Of a stretch of DNA of 64,000 nt, positions 47,305 through 57,717 are shown piece after piece. Position numbers and translations under genes: made by a program. The DNA is from Eubacteriales bacterium (GTDB taxonomy: Bacteria > Bacillota > Clostridia > Oscillospirales > CAG-272). A model generated the notes under the pieces. It did no database searches. It was not told where the DNA came from and saw only the letters and a list, made by a program, of their open reading frames with translations. Location of the stretch: positions 3,544-67,543 of the forward strand of contig JAZRBV010000014.1 in NCBI GenBank assembly GCA_045635225.1, written 5' to 3'. How positions within the stretch are numbered: the stretch's first letter is position 1; each line of letters begins with the position of its first letter.

Positions 47305-48357
47305 TTAGATCTCACCTCTCGCGACTGCTTTTATGAGATTGAAATCGTCGTCGACGATGATGAAGTCTGCGTCGTAGCCTACGGCGATCTTACCCTTGTT
47401 CAGCCCCATAAGCTCGGCGGGGACGGCGGTTGCCATCTTTACTGCATCCTCCTCGGGGATACCAAAGCTGATAGCGCATCTGACGCAATCGAGTAACGTT
47501 GCGGTCGAGCCGGCGAGGTTGCCGCCCTCGGTGTATGCCTTGCCATCGGTGACGGTTATGGTCTGTCCGCCGAAATCGTACGCGCCGTCACCGAGACCTG
47601 TAGCTCTCATCGCATCGCTGATCAGCACGACTCTGTCGGTGCCGTAAAGCTTGATGAGAAGTCTGACCATCGAGGGGTGAACGTGTACACCGTCACAAAT
47701 GAGCTGTGCGTATGCTCCCGAATCAGCGCCTGCAGGGATCGGACCCGGCTTTCTGTGGTGCATACCGGGCATGACGTTGTAGGTGTGAGTCAGACATTTT
47801 GCGCCCGCACGAAACGCCGCCATAGCGGTATCGTAATCGGTATCGGTGTGACCGAGGCAAACGACTGCAGGGCACTCGCGGATAAAGTCCATGCTACCCT
47901 CGACCTCGGGTGCTATAGTCACGAGCTTTATGCTCTTACACTTGTTGAAAAGCTCCATTGTGGGCGGGATAACGTACTTCGCGTTCTGCGCACCCTTGTA
48001 TTTTACGTTGATGAAGGGGCCCTCCATATGGAAGCCGGGGATATTTGCGCCACCGATTTCCGCTATCCTCTCGTCGCACGCCGCAATTATATCCTCCTCG
48101 CTCATCGTCATAGTGGTGGGGTACCAGGTGGTGGTGCCGTGCTCGAGGTAGTATTTTGCCATCTCGGGGAGGTGTCCCTCCATAGTGTCGAATCCGATCA
48201 CACCGTGAGAGTGGATATCGATGAGTCCGGGATAGATCTTTTTGCCGCCAAAATCGACACCCTCGCCCTCGAGCTTACCGATTTTAGAAAATTTGCCGTC
48301 GGCGATCTCGATATCGACAAGCTCGCCGTACAGTCTTACGTTCTTGATAATGCTCAT
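47305..48357 (-). CDS. nagA: N-acetylglucosamine-6-phosphate deacetylase
   Basis: PGLIDIHSHG, HMEGPF, HTYNVM, DGVHV, LISDAM and LAGS. Confidence 0.94.
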   Translation of the reverse strand: MSIIKNVRLYGELVDIEIADGKFSKIGKLEGEGVDFGGKKIYPGLIDIHSHGVIGFDTMEGHLPEMAKYYLEHGTTTWYPTTMTMSEEDIIAACDERIAEIGGANIPGFHMEGPFINVKYKGAQNAKYVIPPTMELFNKCKSIKLVTIAPEVEGSMDFIRECPAVVCLGHTDTDYDTAMAAFRAGAKCLTHTYNVMPGMHHRKPGPIPAGADSGAYAQLICDGVHVHPSMVRLLIKLYGTDRVVLISDAMRATGLGDGAYDFGGQTITVTDGKAYTEGGNLAGSTATLLDCVRCAISFGIPEEDAVKMATAVPAELMGLNKGKIAVGYDADFIIVDDDFNLIKAVARGEI

Positions 48358-48431
48358 ATTGTTCTTACCTTTCGGAAAAATATTCTACATTAATTATATA
48401 ACAAAGCAGAGGCGTTGTCAATATTGCAGCC

Positions 48432-48460
48432 TTGACAAATATCGGCTTTTGGAGTATAAT
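48432..48460 (+). promoter_or_regulatory. Consensus sigma-A promoter TTGACA-N17-TATAAT
   Basis: Perfect -35 and -10 at 48432-48437 and 48455-48460. Confidence 0.85.
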
Positions 48461-48491
48461 ATTTCAGTAAGATTTTTTTAGGAGGTGTCGA

Positions 48492-49613
48492 ATGAGACTC
48501 GAGCTTGTGGCAACCTGTCTTTTCGGTCTTGAGCATCTGCTCGGTGAGGAGATCGATGCGCTCGGATACGACAGAATATCCACGATAGACGGCAGAGTGA
48601 CCTTTCTCGGTGACGAGCAGGCTATAGCGCTGTCAAATATTTTTCTGCGCTATGCGGAGCGGGTATTTCTGAAGCTCGGCTCGTTCAGAGCAGAGACCTT
48701 CGACGAGCTTTTTGAAGGAACGCGAGCTCTTCCGTGGTCGGATTTTATCGGCAAAGCCGATGCCTTTCCTGTGAAAGGACACGCGATAAAATCAAAGCTG
48801 CACTCCATTCCCGACTGTCAGTCTATAGTGAAAAAGGCGGTCGTTCGCTCGATGAGCGAGAGATACGGCATATCTATTTTTCCCGAGACGGGCGTGAAAT
48901 ATCAGATCGAATTCTTTATACTTAACGACGAGGCGACCTTAATGATCGACACCTCGGGAACGGCACTCCACAAGCGCGGTTACCGCCGCGAGGCGCTCGG
49001 CGCACCGATACGTGAGACTCTTGCCGCGGCAATTGCGGCAATCTCCCGCCCGCGCGAGAACGTACTGCTCTGGGATCCGATGTGCGGTAGCGGAACGATC
49101 GCTATTGAGGCGGCTATGATGATGCGTGGCATCGCACCCGGCGCAAGACGCGCGTTTGCCGCAGAGGCGTTTTCGTTCATTGATAAGCGCATCTGGCTCG
49201 ATGCGAGGGAGGAGGCGATAGCGGGGGAGCACGACAGTGAATTCTGCTCGTATGCCTCGGATATCGATCCCGACGCAGTTGCACTCGCCGAGAAGAACGC
49301 GAGGCTTGCCGGTGTGTCGGACAGCGTAAAGGTGTTCAGAATGGACGCGCGCAAAATATCCACCGAGGGCAGACGAGGCACGATCGTTACAAATCCGCCC
49401 TACGGCGAGAGGCTCGGTACACAGCGCGAGGCTGAGGCACTCTATCGCGAGATAGGTGAGCATTTCCGGAGTCTCGCTCCCTGGCAGGTCTACGTGATAA
49501 CCTCGCATCCGTCGTTTGAGCGCTTGTACGGAAAACGTGCCGATAAGGTGCGCAAGCTCTACAACGGTATGCTTCCGTGCTATTTATATCAGTACTTTAA
49601 AAATAATAAATAA
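48492..49613 (+). CDS. THUMP-domain class I SAM-dependent RNA methyltransferase (RlmL/YpsC-like)
   Basis: LHKRGYR, APIRETLAAA, DPMCGSGTIAIEAA and NPPYGER. Confidence 0.92.
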   Translation: MRLELVATCLFGLEHLLGEEIDALGYDRISTIDGRVTFLGDEQAIALSNIFLRYAERVFLKLGSFRAETFDELFEGTRALPWSDFIGKADAFPVKGHAIKSKLHSIPDCQSIVKKAVVRSMSERYGISIFPETGVKYQIEFFILNDEATLMIDTSGTALHKRGYRREALGAPIRETLAAAIAAISRPRENVLLWDPMCGSGTIAIEAAMMMRGIAPGARRAFAAEAFSFIDKRIWLDAREEAIAGEHDSEFCSYASDIDPDAVALAEKNARLAGVSDSVKVFRMDARKISTEGRRGTIVTNPPYGERLGTQREAEALYREIGEHFRSLAPWQVYVITSHPSFERLYGKRADKVRKLYNGMLPCYLYQYFKNNK

Positions 49614-49675
49614 AGCCGACGCTTTGACTAAATAGCGGAATATGTAAATAATTATTTGCATATTTATATAAAAAT

Positions 49676-49717
49676 CGGGCACATCAATACCGTAATTGGT
49701 AGGATGTGCCCGTTTTT
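49676..49717. terminator. Terminator between convergent genes
   Basis: cgggcacatc / gatgtgcccg stem with a T tail. Confidence 0.65.
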
Positions 49718-49767
49718 GTTACGTTTTATAACACGGCTTTATTCGGGACGTGCGATACCCGATCTGC

Positions 49768-52644
49768 TCAGGTAAACGTGACGGTACAATCGGTGTCTAT
49801 GCTCGCACGATAGATGTTCTCGCGCAGCTTGGTGAAGGTGAGAGGCTTACCGTCGGCGGTGGCAACGGGTGGATGCTCGGAGTATATCTCGATCCACGCG
49901 CCCGTCTTTACCTCCGTGAGTGTGACCGTCGGATAGGTCGCGTCGGCGATGCGGAGACCTCGCCACGCGGTAAGTGCCGCCTTTTCACGAGAGTAGAGAT
50001 CGGATAGGAGCATTATGCGCGACCACTCTCTCGAGAGGCGACGGTGCGACCACACGTAGTGACCGAGAATGTCTCGCGATATCCTGCCGTTCTCACGCGC
50101 CTCTAGTATCATCCGCTCAAGCTCTCGGTCGTCAAAACGCTTCATAATAGTTGAAAGTGACAGATACGAGTAGGTCTCCTGCTCACCGAGGAAGCCGTTT
50201 TTGAGCGTCGAGTAGGTCGTTTCCTCGTCTATTTTCTTACCCGTGATAGAGCCTATCACGGATCGCTCTGCGGCACAGAGGAGCGCCTCGGTCTCGCGCG
50301 GCAGGTATTTTGCGTACATTCTGAACGCCTCGCGGTAGTGACCCTCGGTGGTGAAGTTGTATATAGCTTGACGGCGATAGCCCTCGCTGACGAGTGTTGC
50401 GGGGTAGGATATAAAGGCGCAGTCTCCGTCGGTCTCCTCGTGGAAGAACTTAGCGGAGAGCCATGGCTCTACACCAAAGTATTTACAGAAATAATTCTGC
50501 GTCGAGAGCAGCTGTGCGCGGCGCAGACAGCAGAGCTTCGCATAAGCGTAAAGACCTAACTCATAGTCCTCGCGCCTTCCGAGCGTATCGGCAATATTGA
50601 TAAATCCGAGATAGCCGCCGAAGTTCGTTCCATCGTTCCAGGACACACCGCACTCGGCATATCCAACCGCCATGCAGGCAAAATCCATGCCGACGAGGTA
50701 GTAGTCAAATGCCCGTCTGAAAATGGAATAATTCTTCTCGACGAGATCGAGAGAGCCGGTGAACAGAGCGGAGAGCCAGGTCGAGTAGAGGCTCATCGCG
50801 TTGCCCCAATCTATCTCGATGAACACGTTCTCGCTATTTTCGATGATCTCGCGGTCGCAGTGTGCGTACTTCGATATTCCCGTGATGTGAAGATACGTAG
50901 ACAGATGTGAGATCCCCGTGAACGGCTCTGTGCGCGTATACCAGGAGAGACACCGTCTGCCCGCAGGACCTACGTAGCCGTGATTTGGATTTGATACAAC
51001 GTCGAGACCCTCTCTCATAATGTCCTCGAGTCTTTCGCGCTCTTCACTCCTAAGATAGGGGAATAGCTTGTACGGATAGGCGTACTGGAAGAGGAAGGAA
51101 TAGTTACCCGGGTTCGGAATATATCCCTTGTCTCTATGATAGCTTATATACTCATCAAAGTCGGAATGCAGTAGTTCTGCAAACTCTTCTTTACATTTTC
51201 CACCAAAAACGAAGTTCTCGCGGTACTCGGGTATCGGAAGAGAGTACTCGGAATCTGTGCTGTTTAATACGGCGTACAGAGGTCCGTACTTTGTCGGCAG
51301 ACCGAGATCCAGAGCGCGCGCATCGGCTACTGCCGCACCGCCGTAGAGTGCCTCGAGCATCACGGGAGGGGGAAGTGGCGCTGCCGCGAGATGCGGTGCT
51401 TTGAAATCATCCTCTAGCACGCGGTAGGTGAATAGGTTTTTGATGCTGATGCGATCGCCAAAGATGCGGAAATACTCCTCGCATCCGACGGGTCGCATAA
51501 GCGAGATCGAGTGGACCGTCATAGCCTTCTCTATCGCTTTTTGGTACCACTCCTCGGTCAGATCATCTGTTTCAAACAGCTCTATTCCGTAGAGGAAGGT
51601 GAGGAGCGCAAAGCCGACCTCACCGTCAAACTCTATACGCACTCCCTTACCGTCTCGCTTTACCGTGCGGGGGGAGCGGGATAGAGTTATGAGCATCGGG
51701 ATCTCGGGGAAGGTGTTCTGCCGCGAGAGAATGATGAAGCCTTTTTTCAGTTCGCCGTCACGCGCCGCGTCGTAGAGCACTCCGTCGTCGGGTGTGCGCG
51801 TGACGAATACGCCTCTGCCACCTCTCTCTGTGGCAAAGGTTGCCGAGGTAGGCACGCCGATCGCCGACATACGTGACATATTTATATAATTAAGGTTGGT
51901 TTCGATAAGGAGTGACGAGCATACCGTCGAATAGTCGTAGCTGATATATTTGCCTCCCGTGAGCTCGCGCCGCCAAGTCGTGTGCGTCCAATCGACGTCT
52001 ATCTTCTCGTTTTCGGGCACCTTATATACCTTCATATTTCTTCCGCTCTCGCGCTCGCCGTCGGGCAGGAGCGAGAAGGACCACATCGCGTGCTTTTTGT
52101 ATCCGGGTACTCCCGATATATAGGGGCGCGAGACGATACCGAATGCGGGCATCGAGTAGTCGAGCACACCGTCACCCTTGGCGTAGCCGAATCTTCCGTA
52201 GGAGCGAATAGCGCTACCTACCGCGGGGGTATAGCCCTCGGGTATCTCGGCGGTGTCCGCCTTTTTTACGTCGGGGTAGGGGCGGTCGTCGGATATAACG
52301 TCGTCGCGGATGATCCTGCCATCCTCACCGAGCAGTCGTGTTGACAGAGTCGGAACTGCTCCGTCCTTCACGGGTACGGAGGCTGTCAACGTGTTCTCAC
52401 CGCGCTCGAGCGTGACGAGTAGCTCGCGGTCCTCACCGTGGAGTATCGGGGTATATCTTGCTTCGGGGGAGAGAAGCTCTATTTCCGAGAAGCTGTCGGT
52501 GAAGTACTGAAGATAGTATTCTCCCGCCTCTCTTACGCTGTATTTTCTTGTGAATATCGCCGCACCGTCGGTCACGTCGGTGACCTGCCACGCTGAAGTG
52601 AAGCCCTCACGCGTGTTTACGAAGTATTCTCTGTCGAAGCTCAT
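49768..52644 (-). CDS. Large hypothetical protein (958 aa)
   Basis: Long ORF with host-like codon usage and RBS ggagg. No family recognised. Confidence 0.8.
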   Translation of the reverse strand: MSFDREYFVNTREGFTSAWQVTDVTDGAAIFTRKYSVREAGEYYLQYFTDSFSEIELLSPEARYTPILHGEDRELLVTLERGENTLTASVPVKDGAVPTLSTRLLGEDGRIIRDDVISDDRPYPDVKKADTAEIPEGYTPAVGSAIRSYGRFGYAKGDGVLDYSMPAFGIVSRPYISGVPGYKKHAMWSFSLLPDGERESGRNMKVYKVPENEKIDVDWTHTTWRRELTGGKYISYDYSTVCSSLLIETNLNYINMSRMSAIGVPTSATFATERGGRGVFVTRTPDDGVLYDAARDGELKKGFIILSRQNTFPEIPMLITLSRSPRTVKRDGKGVRIEFDGEVGFALLTFLYGIELFETDDLTEEWYQKAIEKAMTVHSISLMRPVGCEEYFRIFGDRISIKNLFTYRVLEDDFKAPHLAAAPLPPPVMLEALYGGAAVADARALDLGLPTKYGPLYAVLNSTDSEYSLPIPEYRENFVFGGKCKEEFAELLHSDFDEYISYHRDKGYIPNPGNYSFLFQYAYPYKLFPYLRSEERERLEDIMREGLDVVSNPNHGYVGPAGRRCLSWYTRTEPFTGISHLSTYLHITGISKYAHCDREIIENSENVFIEIDWGNAMSLYSTWLSALFTGSLDLVEKNYSIFRRAFDYYLVGMDFACMAVGYAECGVSWNDGTNFGGYLGFINIADTLGRREDYELGLYAYAKLCCLRRAQLLSTQNYFCKYFGVEPWLSAKFFHEETDGDCAFISYPATLVSEGYRRQAIYNFTTEGHYREAFRMYAKYLPRETEALLCAAERSVIGSITGKKIDEETTYSTLKNGFLGEQETYSYLSLSTIMKRFDDRELERMILEARENGRISRDILGHYVWSHRRLSREWSRIMLLSDLYSREKAALTAWRGLRIADATYPTVTLTEVKTGAWIEIYSEHPPVATADGKPLTFTKLRENIYRASIDTDCTVTFT

Positions 52645-52742
52645 TGTGCGCCTCCGTGTAATGATGTTACTCGAATTATAACATTGAGGTGCGAGAATGT
52701 CAATAGGGTGGTGGGATTTATCTAACCCTTTGCCGTATGATA

Positions 52743-52958
52743 TCAGGTGCGATCAACGTCAAAATGGGCGGTGTATATTATCCTTTCGAGCGAATCCAGC
52801 ATATTCGTATCGGTCAGCAGCTCTTTTGTGAGTTCTCTGCCGTGGCTGTAGTCGAAAAGCAGTGTCAGTATTCTGCCGCGGTCCTCGAGAGAAAGCCCCT
52901 CGAGATATTTGTAGTGTGCGTTTACGAGCTTGAAGCCTTGAGAGTTGATGTTTGTCAC
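52743..52958 (-). CDS. Small protein, DUF6291-like
   Basis: LEGLSLEDRGRILTLLFDY resembles the N-terminal domain of phage replication proteins. RBS gaaagga. Confidence 0.45.
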   Translation of the reverse strand: MTNINSQGFKLVNAHYKYLEGLSLEDRGRILTLLFDYSHGRELTKELLTDTNMLDSLERIIYTAHFDVDRT

Positions 52959-53329
52959 GTTGCTTATATCCTTTCTTTTTTTGCTCTGTGACTACATTCT
53001 AACATAATCCCCGCGGCTTGTAAGTATAGTGGGGTTACAAATTGTCACCTATAAAGTGACAAAATTTTAGTGCAAAGTGAACAAAAATCGGGGCGATTTT
53101 GACAGTCGGGGGAGGGGCAAGGATAGTTAACGGACGTTTGTACGTTATATTGGCAGAATGACTTGTGCCGGTGTGTTAGCTGAAGAAAGCGTAATAATAA
53201 TCCACCCGCACAGCGGGTGGTATTTCAGTTTCGGGCATAGCCCTAATACTACAGGCTACGCATAAGTGCGTCTTTTATTGGCCTGTCAGCCATGCATTTG
53301 TTACGTACACCCCGCAGAAGCGAGACTAA

Positions 53330-53560
53330 AACCAAGCCTCCTTTGTGGTGCAGAAGCGCAAAGCGCATCTGCGGGAGGTGGCACGGCTTGCCGTGACGGA
53401 GGGATTGTGGAAAGCGATAATCTACACAAAACAATCCCTCAGTCAGCTTCGCTGACAGCCTTCGGCCCTGGTCGCAATCGTAGATTGCTCCCCGCTTTGG
53501 CTAAAAATATGCCACCGGCATATTTTCTTAACGCGTCGCGCCCTTTACACAAGGGAGCCT
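53330..53560. repeat. Composite REP-like element
   Basis: aagcctcctttg...gggaggtggcacggcttgccgtgacggagggattgt paired with an inverted acaatccctcagtcagcttcgctgacag...ctttacacaagggagcctt. Confidence 0.7.
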
Positions 53561-53796
53561 TTGACACAAAAACATTTTGTGGTGATTTTTTTGCTACCCG
53601 TAGCGAGATATTGTCGACCTTATCCGTCTTGCCGGCGACAATCCGCCTTTTCCTATCGGAGAAGGCTTTCCACCGCTAACGCACGTTGCGCGCTCCGCAC
53701 GCAACATTTCACGAAACGCGTTGGCGTTTCATTTCACGGTTGCGAAGCAATCATTTCACGACAGCTAGGCTGTCATTTCGTTGCTCACCCTGTGAG

Positions 53797-54285
53797 CTAC
53801 ATATCTGCTATCAGCTTTGCGCGGCTCTGTGGGTCAAGTGCGCGATAGTCCTCAATTATATAGCGGTTATCGTCGGAGTCGCGGAGGCGCACCTTGCCGT
53901 CCTTATATACCTTAATATCGTGGTTGCGGTTGCGGATATCAAAGCCCTTGATGCCTCTGTCGGTCTCGACGACCCAACGCAATGTACCGTATTTCTCGTC
54001 CGTGGATACTATGCGTGTGATATGCGGTACGAGGTAATAGTCGTCGAGGCTATGCTCGACCGCCCTCTGCGATGCGGGATCGAGCGCGTCAAGCCGTCTT
54101 ATCAGTGCCGCCTCGCGCCCATCTGTATCCAAGAGGGTCACGTAGGTATCGAGTGACGAGACGGGGAAGAGCCTGCGCGGCTCGAGCGAGGAGATGACTC
54201 TGCCGTCCTCGAGCGTAAGGGTGACGAGGTTGTTTTCGTAGGGCTCTATTCTATCCTTATCTGTGACGTATATTCTGTCAGCCAT
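53797..54285 (-). CDS. DUF1854 domain-containing protein
   Basis: PRRLFPVS, YYLVPHITRI and W.VETDRG motifs. Lies directly downstream of the ABC transporter. Confidence 0.8.
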   Translation of the reverse strand: MADRIYVTDKDRIEPYENNLVTLTLEDGRVISSLEPRRLFPVSSLDTYVTLLDTDGREAALIRRLDALDPASQRAVEHSLDDYYLVPHITRIVSTDEKYGTLRWVVETDRGIKGFDIRNRNHDIKVYKDGKVRLRDSDDNRYIIEDYRALDPQSRAKLIADM

Positions 54286-54349
54286 AGTCTTTCCTTTCAT
54301 ATTTTCGTGACACGGGGTGGGGTGTATTGCGTTTTGAGTGCGTTTTCCA

Positions 54350-56671
54350 CTACTCGAAGCGTTCCTCTGCCTTCATTCGCTCGGCGTCCTGTGCCATCGA
54401 CTGTATCTCTACGAGCTTGTAGTATTTGCCCTTTTTCGCGAGCAGCTCCTCGGGCGAGCCGAACTCTATGATCCTGCCGCCGTCGACGACGATTATCTTG
54501 TTCGCGCGCTTGAGAGTGGAGAGACGGTGCGCTATCATCAGCGTCGTTCTGCCTGCGATCAGGCGATCAATCGCCTCTTGGATCAGATGCTCGGTCTCAG
54601 AGTCCACCGCGGCGGTAGCCTCGTCAAATATGAGTATCGAGGGGTCCATCAGCACAGCGCGTGCGATGGAGATGCGCTGCTTTTCACCGCCCGAGACACC
54701 GACTCCGCGCTCACCGAGTACGGTATCGTATGCGTCGGGCTGCTTTGCAATGAAGCCGTGTGCGTTGGCTATATCCGCGGCGGCGATGACCTCGTCTATC
54801 GTGGCGTCGGGGTTGCTGTATGCTATGTTGTTGAATATCGTGTCGCTGAACATCTGCGGCTCCTGCTGTACGTATCCTATCTGTGCGCGGTATGCCGAGA
54901 GATCAAAATTCTTTATGTTATGTCCGTCGACGAGTATCTCGCCGGAGTATCCGTCGTAGAAGCGCATCAGGAGGTTGACGAGCGTCGATTTACCCGAGCC
55001 GGTCGTGCCCACGATGCCGACGATGTCGCCGGGCTCTATCGTGACGGTCACGTCGTCGAGTACCTTCTTCGTGCGGTCAAACGAGAAGCTGACGTGCAGG
55101 AATTCTATCTTACCCTTCAGCTTATCCGGGACTACGTAGGACTCTGCCTGCACCTCCGGCTTTGCCTCTAGGATATCCAGTATCTTTTCGGTGGATGCGA
55201 GCGCACCCTGGAAGGAGTCGGAGAGGTTTGCAAAGAAGGTGACGGGGTTATAGAACATCGATGCATAGGAGATGAAGCTGACGATGAGACCTGCGGAATA
55301 TCCCGCCTCACCGTTTATTACCTTACTGCCGCCTATGCTCCAAATGATCAGCGAGCCGCAGGTGACGAGGAAGGATACGACCTGTGGGAAGGTGGTCGCG
55401 AGCTTGCCTATCTTACGGTCCATCTCGAGCCAATCTGCCGTCTTTTCCTCAAATCTTGCGGTAGAGCGTTTCTCGCCCGTGAAGGATTTAACCACCTTTA
55501 TGCAGGGGATCGTGTCGGATAGGGTGGAGAATACCGATGACCATCTGCGCCAGATACGGCGGTAGTAGGGACGTATTTTCTTCGAGAATATCCTCGTTGC
55601 TATGACGATGAACACAACCGGAATGAGCGAGTAGAGCGTTAGTGTCGGGTTGAGCGTCAGCATAATGATGACGATACCGATCAGCTGGAAGAAGTGTACC
55701 ACCGCCTCCTGCGTTATACGGAGCATAAAGTTTTGCAGCGTTGCCGAGTCGGACGCGATACGGTTGATGACCGCGCCCGTCGAGGTCTTGTCGTAGAAGC
55801 TCATCGGCAGATACTGCGCCTTGCGGTAGATATCGTTACGGAGAGCGGTGACCGATCTGTTACCGACCTGACGGAGCAGATATGAGCGAATGATACCGAT
55901 GCCGTACTGCACGACGTAGGTCGAGAGAAGTATGAATATCATCACGGTGAGCAGCTGTGAGGTGCCGCGACCTACCGTGTCCGCGATCGCGTTCAGTAGC
56001 GGGATGGTGGATTCTCCGCTACCGCCCGGGAATACCGCATCGACGATAAATCCCGTGATGGTGGGAGGTATCAGAGCCATCGCCGTCGTCAATAGCGAGA
56101 GGCAGATACAGAGTATTATCGTTTTCAGCTGTGGGCGCATATAGCCCGAGAGCTGCTTGACTATCTTGACCTTTGAGCGACACATTATGCACTCGGCTCC
56201 GGGGTGGAGAAGAGTCCTGCCGCACTTCGGACATACGCTGAGCGCGCGCTCGAACACGACCGCCATTACCGCCAGCTCGTCGTCGAGGTTGGCTCCGTCA
56301 CGCACGTGGGAGATAAAGAGAGCGGCGGAGTCGCACAGCGTCGCTACCGAGTAGGTGTAGCGGAAGAATATCTCGCGACGTCCGTTTGGCATTACTGCCG
56401 AGATGGTCGCGTTGCCGTACATTCTCTTTGAGCGCACCTCACGCATATCCGAGAATAGATATTTGCGCGGACCCTCGAGTAGTGGGTCGTGTAGCGTTAC
56501 CGACTCTCTCGTGAAGATGAGCGCGCATTCGGCGTACTTGCCGGTCAGGGACATATCGCCAACGATCACAAACTCGATCTGCTCGCCGCTTTTGCGAATA
56601 TCCTCGATGACGCCCTCGGCGCCCTCCGGAATAGGTTTATTTTTGAGAATATAGTATCCGTTTGTTTCCAT
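54350..56671 (-). CDS. ABC transporter (fused TMD and NBD) with an N-terminal extension containing CxxC motifs
   Basis: GTTGSGKS, VSGGEKQR and DEATAAVD motifs. The N-terminal region contains CPKCG...CIMC. Confidence 0.93.
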   Translation of the reverse strand: METNGYYILKNKPIPEGAEGVIEDIRKSGEQIEFVIVGDMSLTGKYAECALIFTRESVTLHDPLLEGPRKYLFSDMREVRSKRMYGNATISAVMPNGRREIFFRYTYSVATLCDSAALFISHVRDGANLDDELAVMAVVFERALSVCPKCGRTLLHPGAECIMCRSKVKIVKQLSGYMRPQLKTIILCICLSLLTTAMALIPPTITGFIVDAVFPGGSGESTIPLLNAIADTVGRGTSQLLTVMIFILLSTYVVQYGIGIIRSYLLRQVGNRSVTALRNDIYRKAQYLPMSFYDKTSTGAVINRIASDSATLQNFMLRITQEAVVHFFQLIGIVIIMLTLNPTLTLYSLIPVVFIVIATRIFSKKIRPYYRRIWRRWSSVFSTLSDTIPCIKVVKSFTGEKRSTARFEEKTADWLEMDRKIGKLATTFPQVVSFLVTCGSLIIWSIGGSKVINGEAGYSAGLIVSFISYASMFYNPVTFFANLSDSFQGALASTEKILDILEAKPEVQAESYVVPDKLKGKIEFLHVSFSFDRTKKVLDDVTVTIEPGDIVGIVGTTGSGKSTLVNLLMRFYDGYSGEILVDGHNIKNFDLSAYRAQIGYVQQEPQMFSDTIFNNIAYSNPDATIDEVIAAADIANAHGFIAKQPDAYDTVLGERGVGVSGGEKQRISIARAVLMDPSILIFDEATAAVDSETEHLIQEAIDRLIAGRTTLMIAHRLSTLKRANKIIVVDGGRIIEFGSPEELLAKKGKYYKLVEIQSMAQDAERMKAEERFE

Positions 56672-57008
56672 GATCTTTTTTCCTTTCATTCGGGACGGGT
56701 ACTTTTGTCGAGGAGGGTCTATTTAAGACGTCGCATTGCAGAATAAAAACCGAGGTGACTTTGCCGCACTCGGGGTGCTGTGACGATATGGCGCTACTCG
56801 ACTACTGACATATTATCATAAGGAGAAAAATAATTCAACCGAAACGGAGATTTAAGTCAAAATTTTCTCGTGCGCGTAAATAATATATAAATGAAAATAA
56901 AAACCGCCAAAGGTCAAAATAGTTGAAGAAATAAAAACGCCACCGTTCTCCGCACGACGCATTGCGCCGAGGCTACGGTGACGCTTTTGATGAATTTTTG
57001 ATTGAGGC

Positions 57009-57431
57009 TTACTTTTTATCGCTTTGCGTATCTGGGGTTGCGCCGTCGACAGAGATCTCGCGGCGGAAGTCACGCTCGGAGATGAGGAATTTACGGATAG
57101 CAAAGAGACCGCCGATGCAGAGCACGCAGGCGATGTTGCTGAGCGGGTCGCTGTGGTCGACGATGACCTGTCGCGCAATAGCGACTATCAGCACCTCAAT
57201 AGTGTTCGCGGGGGTGAGGTTGATCAGCATTCTGACAAACTCGAGTCCGACGACGATAGTCAGTATGTTATGTAGATAGGTGTCCGCCGAGGAGAAGTAG
57301 CCGTCGGTCGAGAACATCTTGTATACCTCGACGCCGACAAGACCGACGAGCACGGCGATCGTGAGCGCCGCGATGAGATACTCGAGCACGTGCAGTGCGC
57401 GGTAGAAGATCTTTCCGTATGAATTGGGCAT
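57009..57431 (-). CDS. PsiE-like membrane protein
   Basis: Four TM helices and LEFVRML...EVLIVAIARQVIV. Confidence 0.68.
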   Translation of the reverse strand: MPNSYGKIFYRALHVLEYLIAALTIAVLVGLVGVEVYKMFSTDGYFSSADTYLHNILTIVVGLEFVRMLINLTPANTIEVLIVAIARQVIVDHSDPLSNIACVLCIGGLFAIRKFLISERDFRREISVDGATPDTQSDKK

Positions 57432-57658
57432 ATGGTAGCTCCTTTGTGGTTTGTGTATTTATTTTAGCATATTCGGAGAAAAAAATCAACTGTGTTTTCG
57501 CTGAATACGTAACGCTGTGGAGGAGCTGTGGCTGATATCTGCGGTTTTTCCGTTTTACGCGGCGGTCTACGGCTTTTGCGGCTGTTATTTTGGATTTGCC
57601 GTTCGATACTTTATTTTGAGTCAATGATTAAAAAACAAATATTTATTCGGTTTTTAGG

Positions 57659-57687
57659 TTGACAAAAGCGCGGTGCTGTGATATGCT
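57659..57687 (+). promoter_or_regulatory. Sigma-A promoter TTGACA-N17-TATGCT
   Basis: Motifs at 57659-57664 and 57682-57687. Confidence 0.65.
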
Positions 57688-57717
57688 GAATTTAAAGAAT
57701 TTCTAACGGAGGACACT

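Noticed and set aside
57268-57624. 118-aa ORF overlapping the PsiE-like gene
   Set aside because: It overlaps the better-supported ORF in another frame and has no motif.
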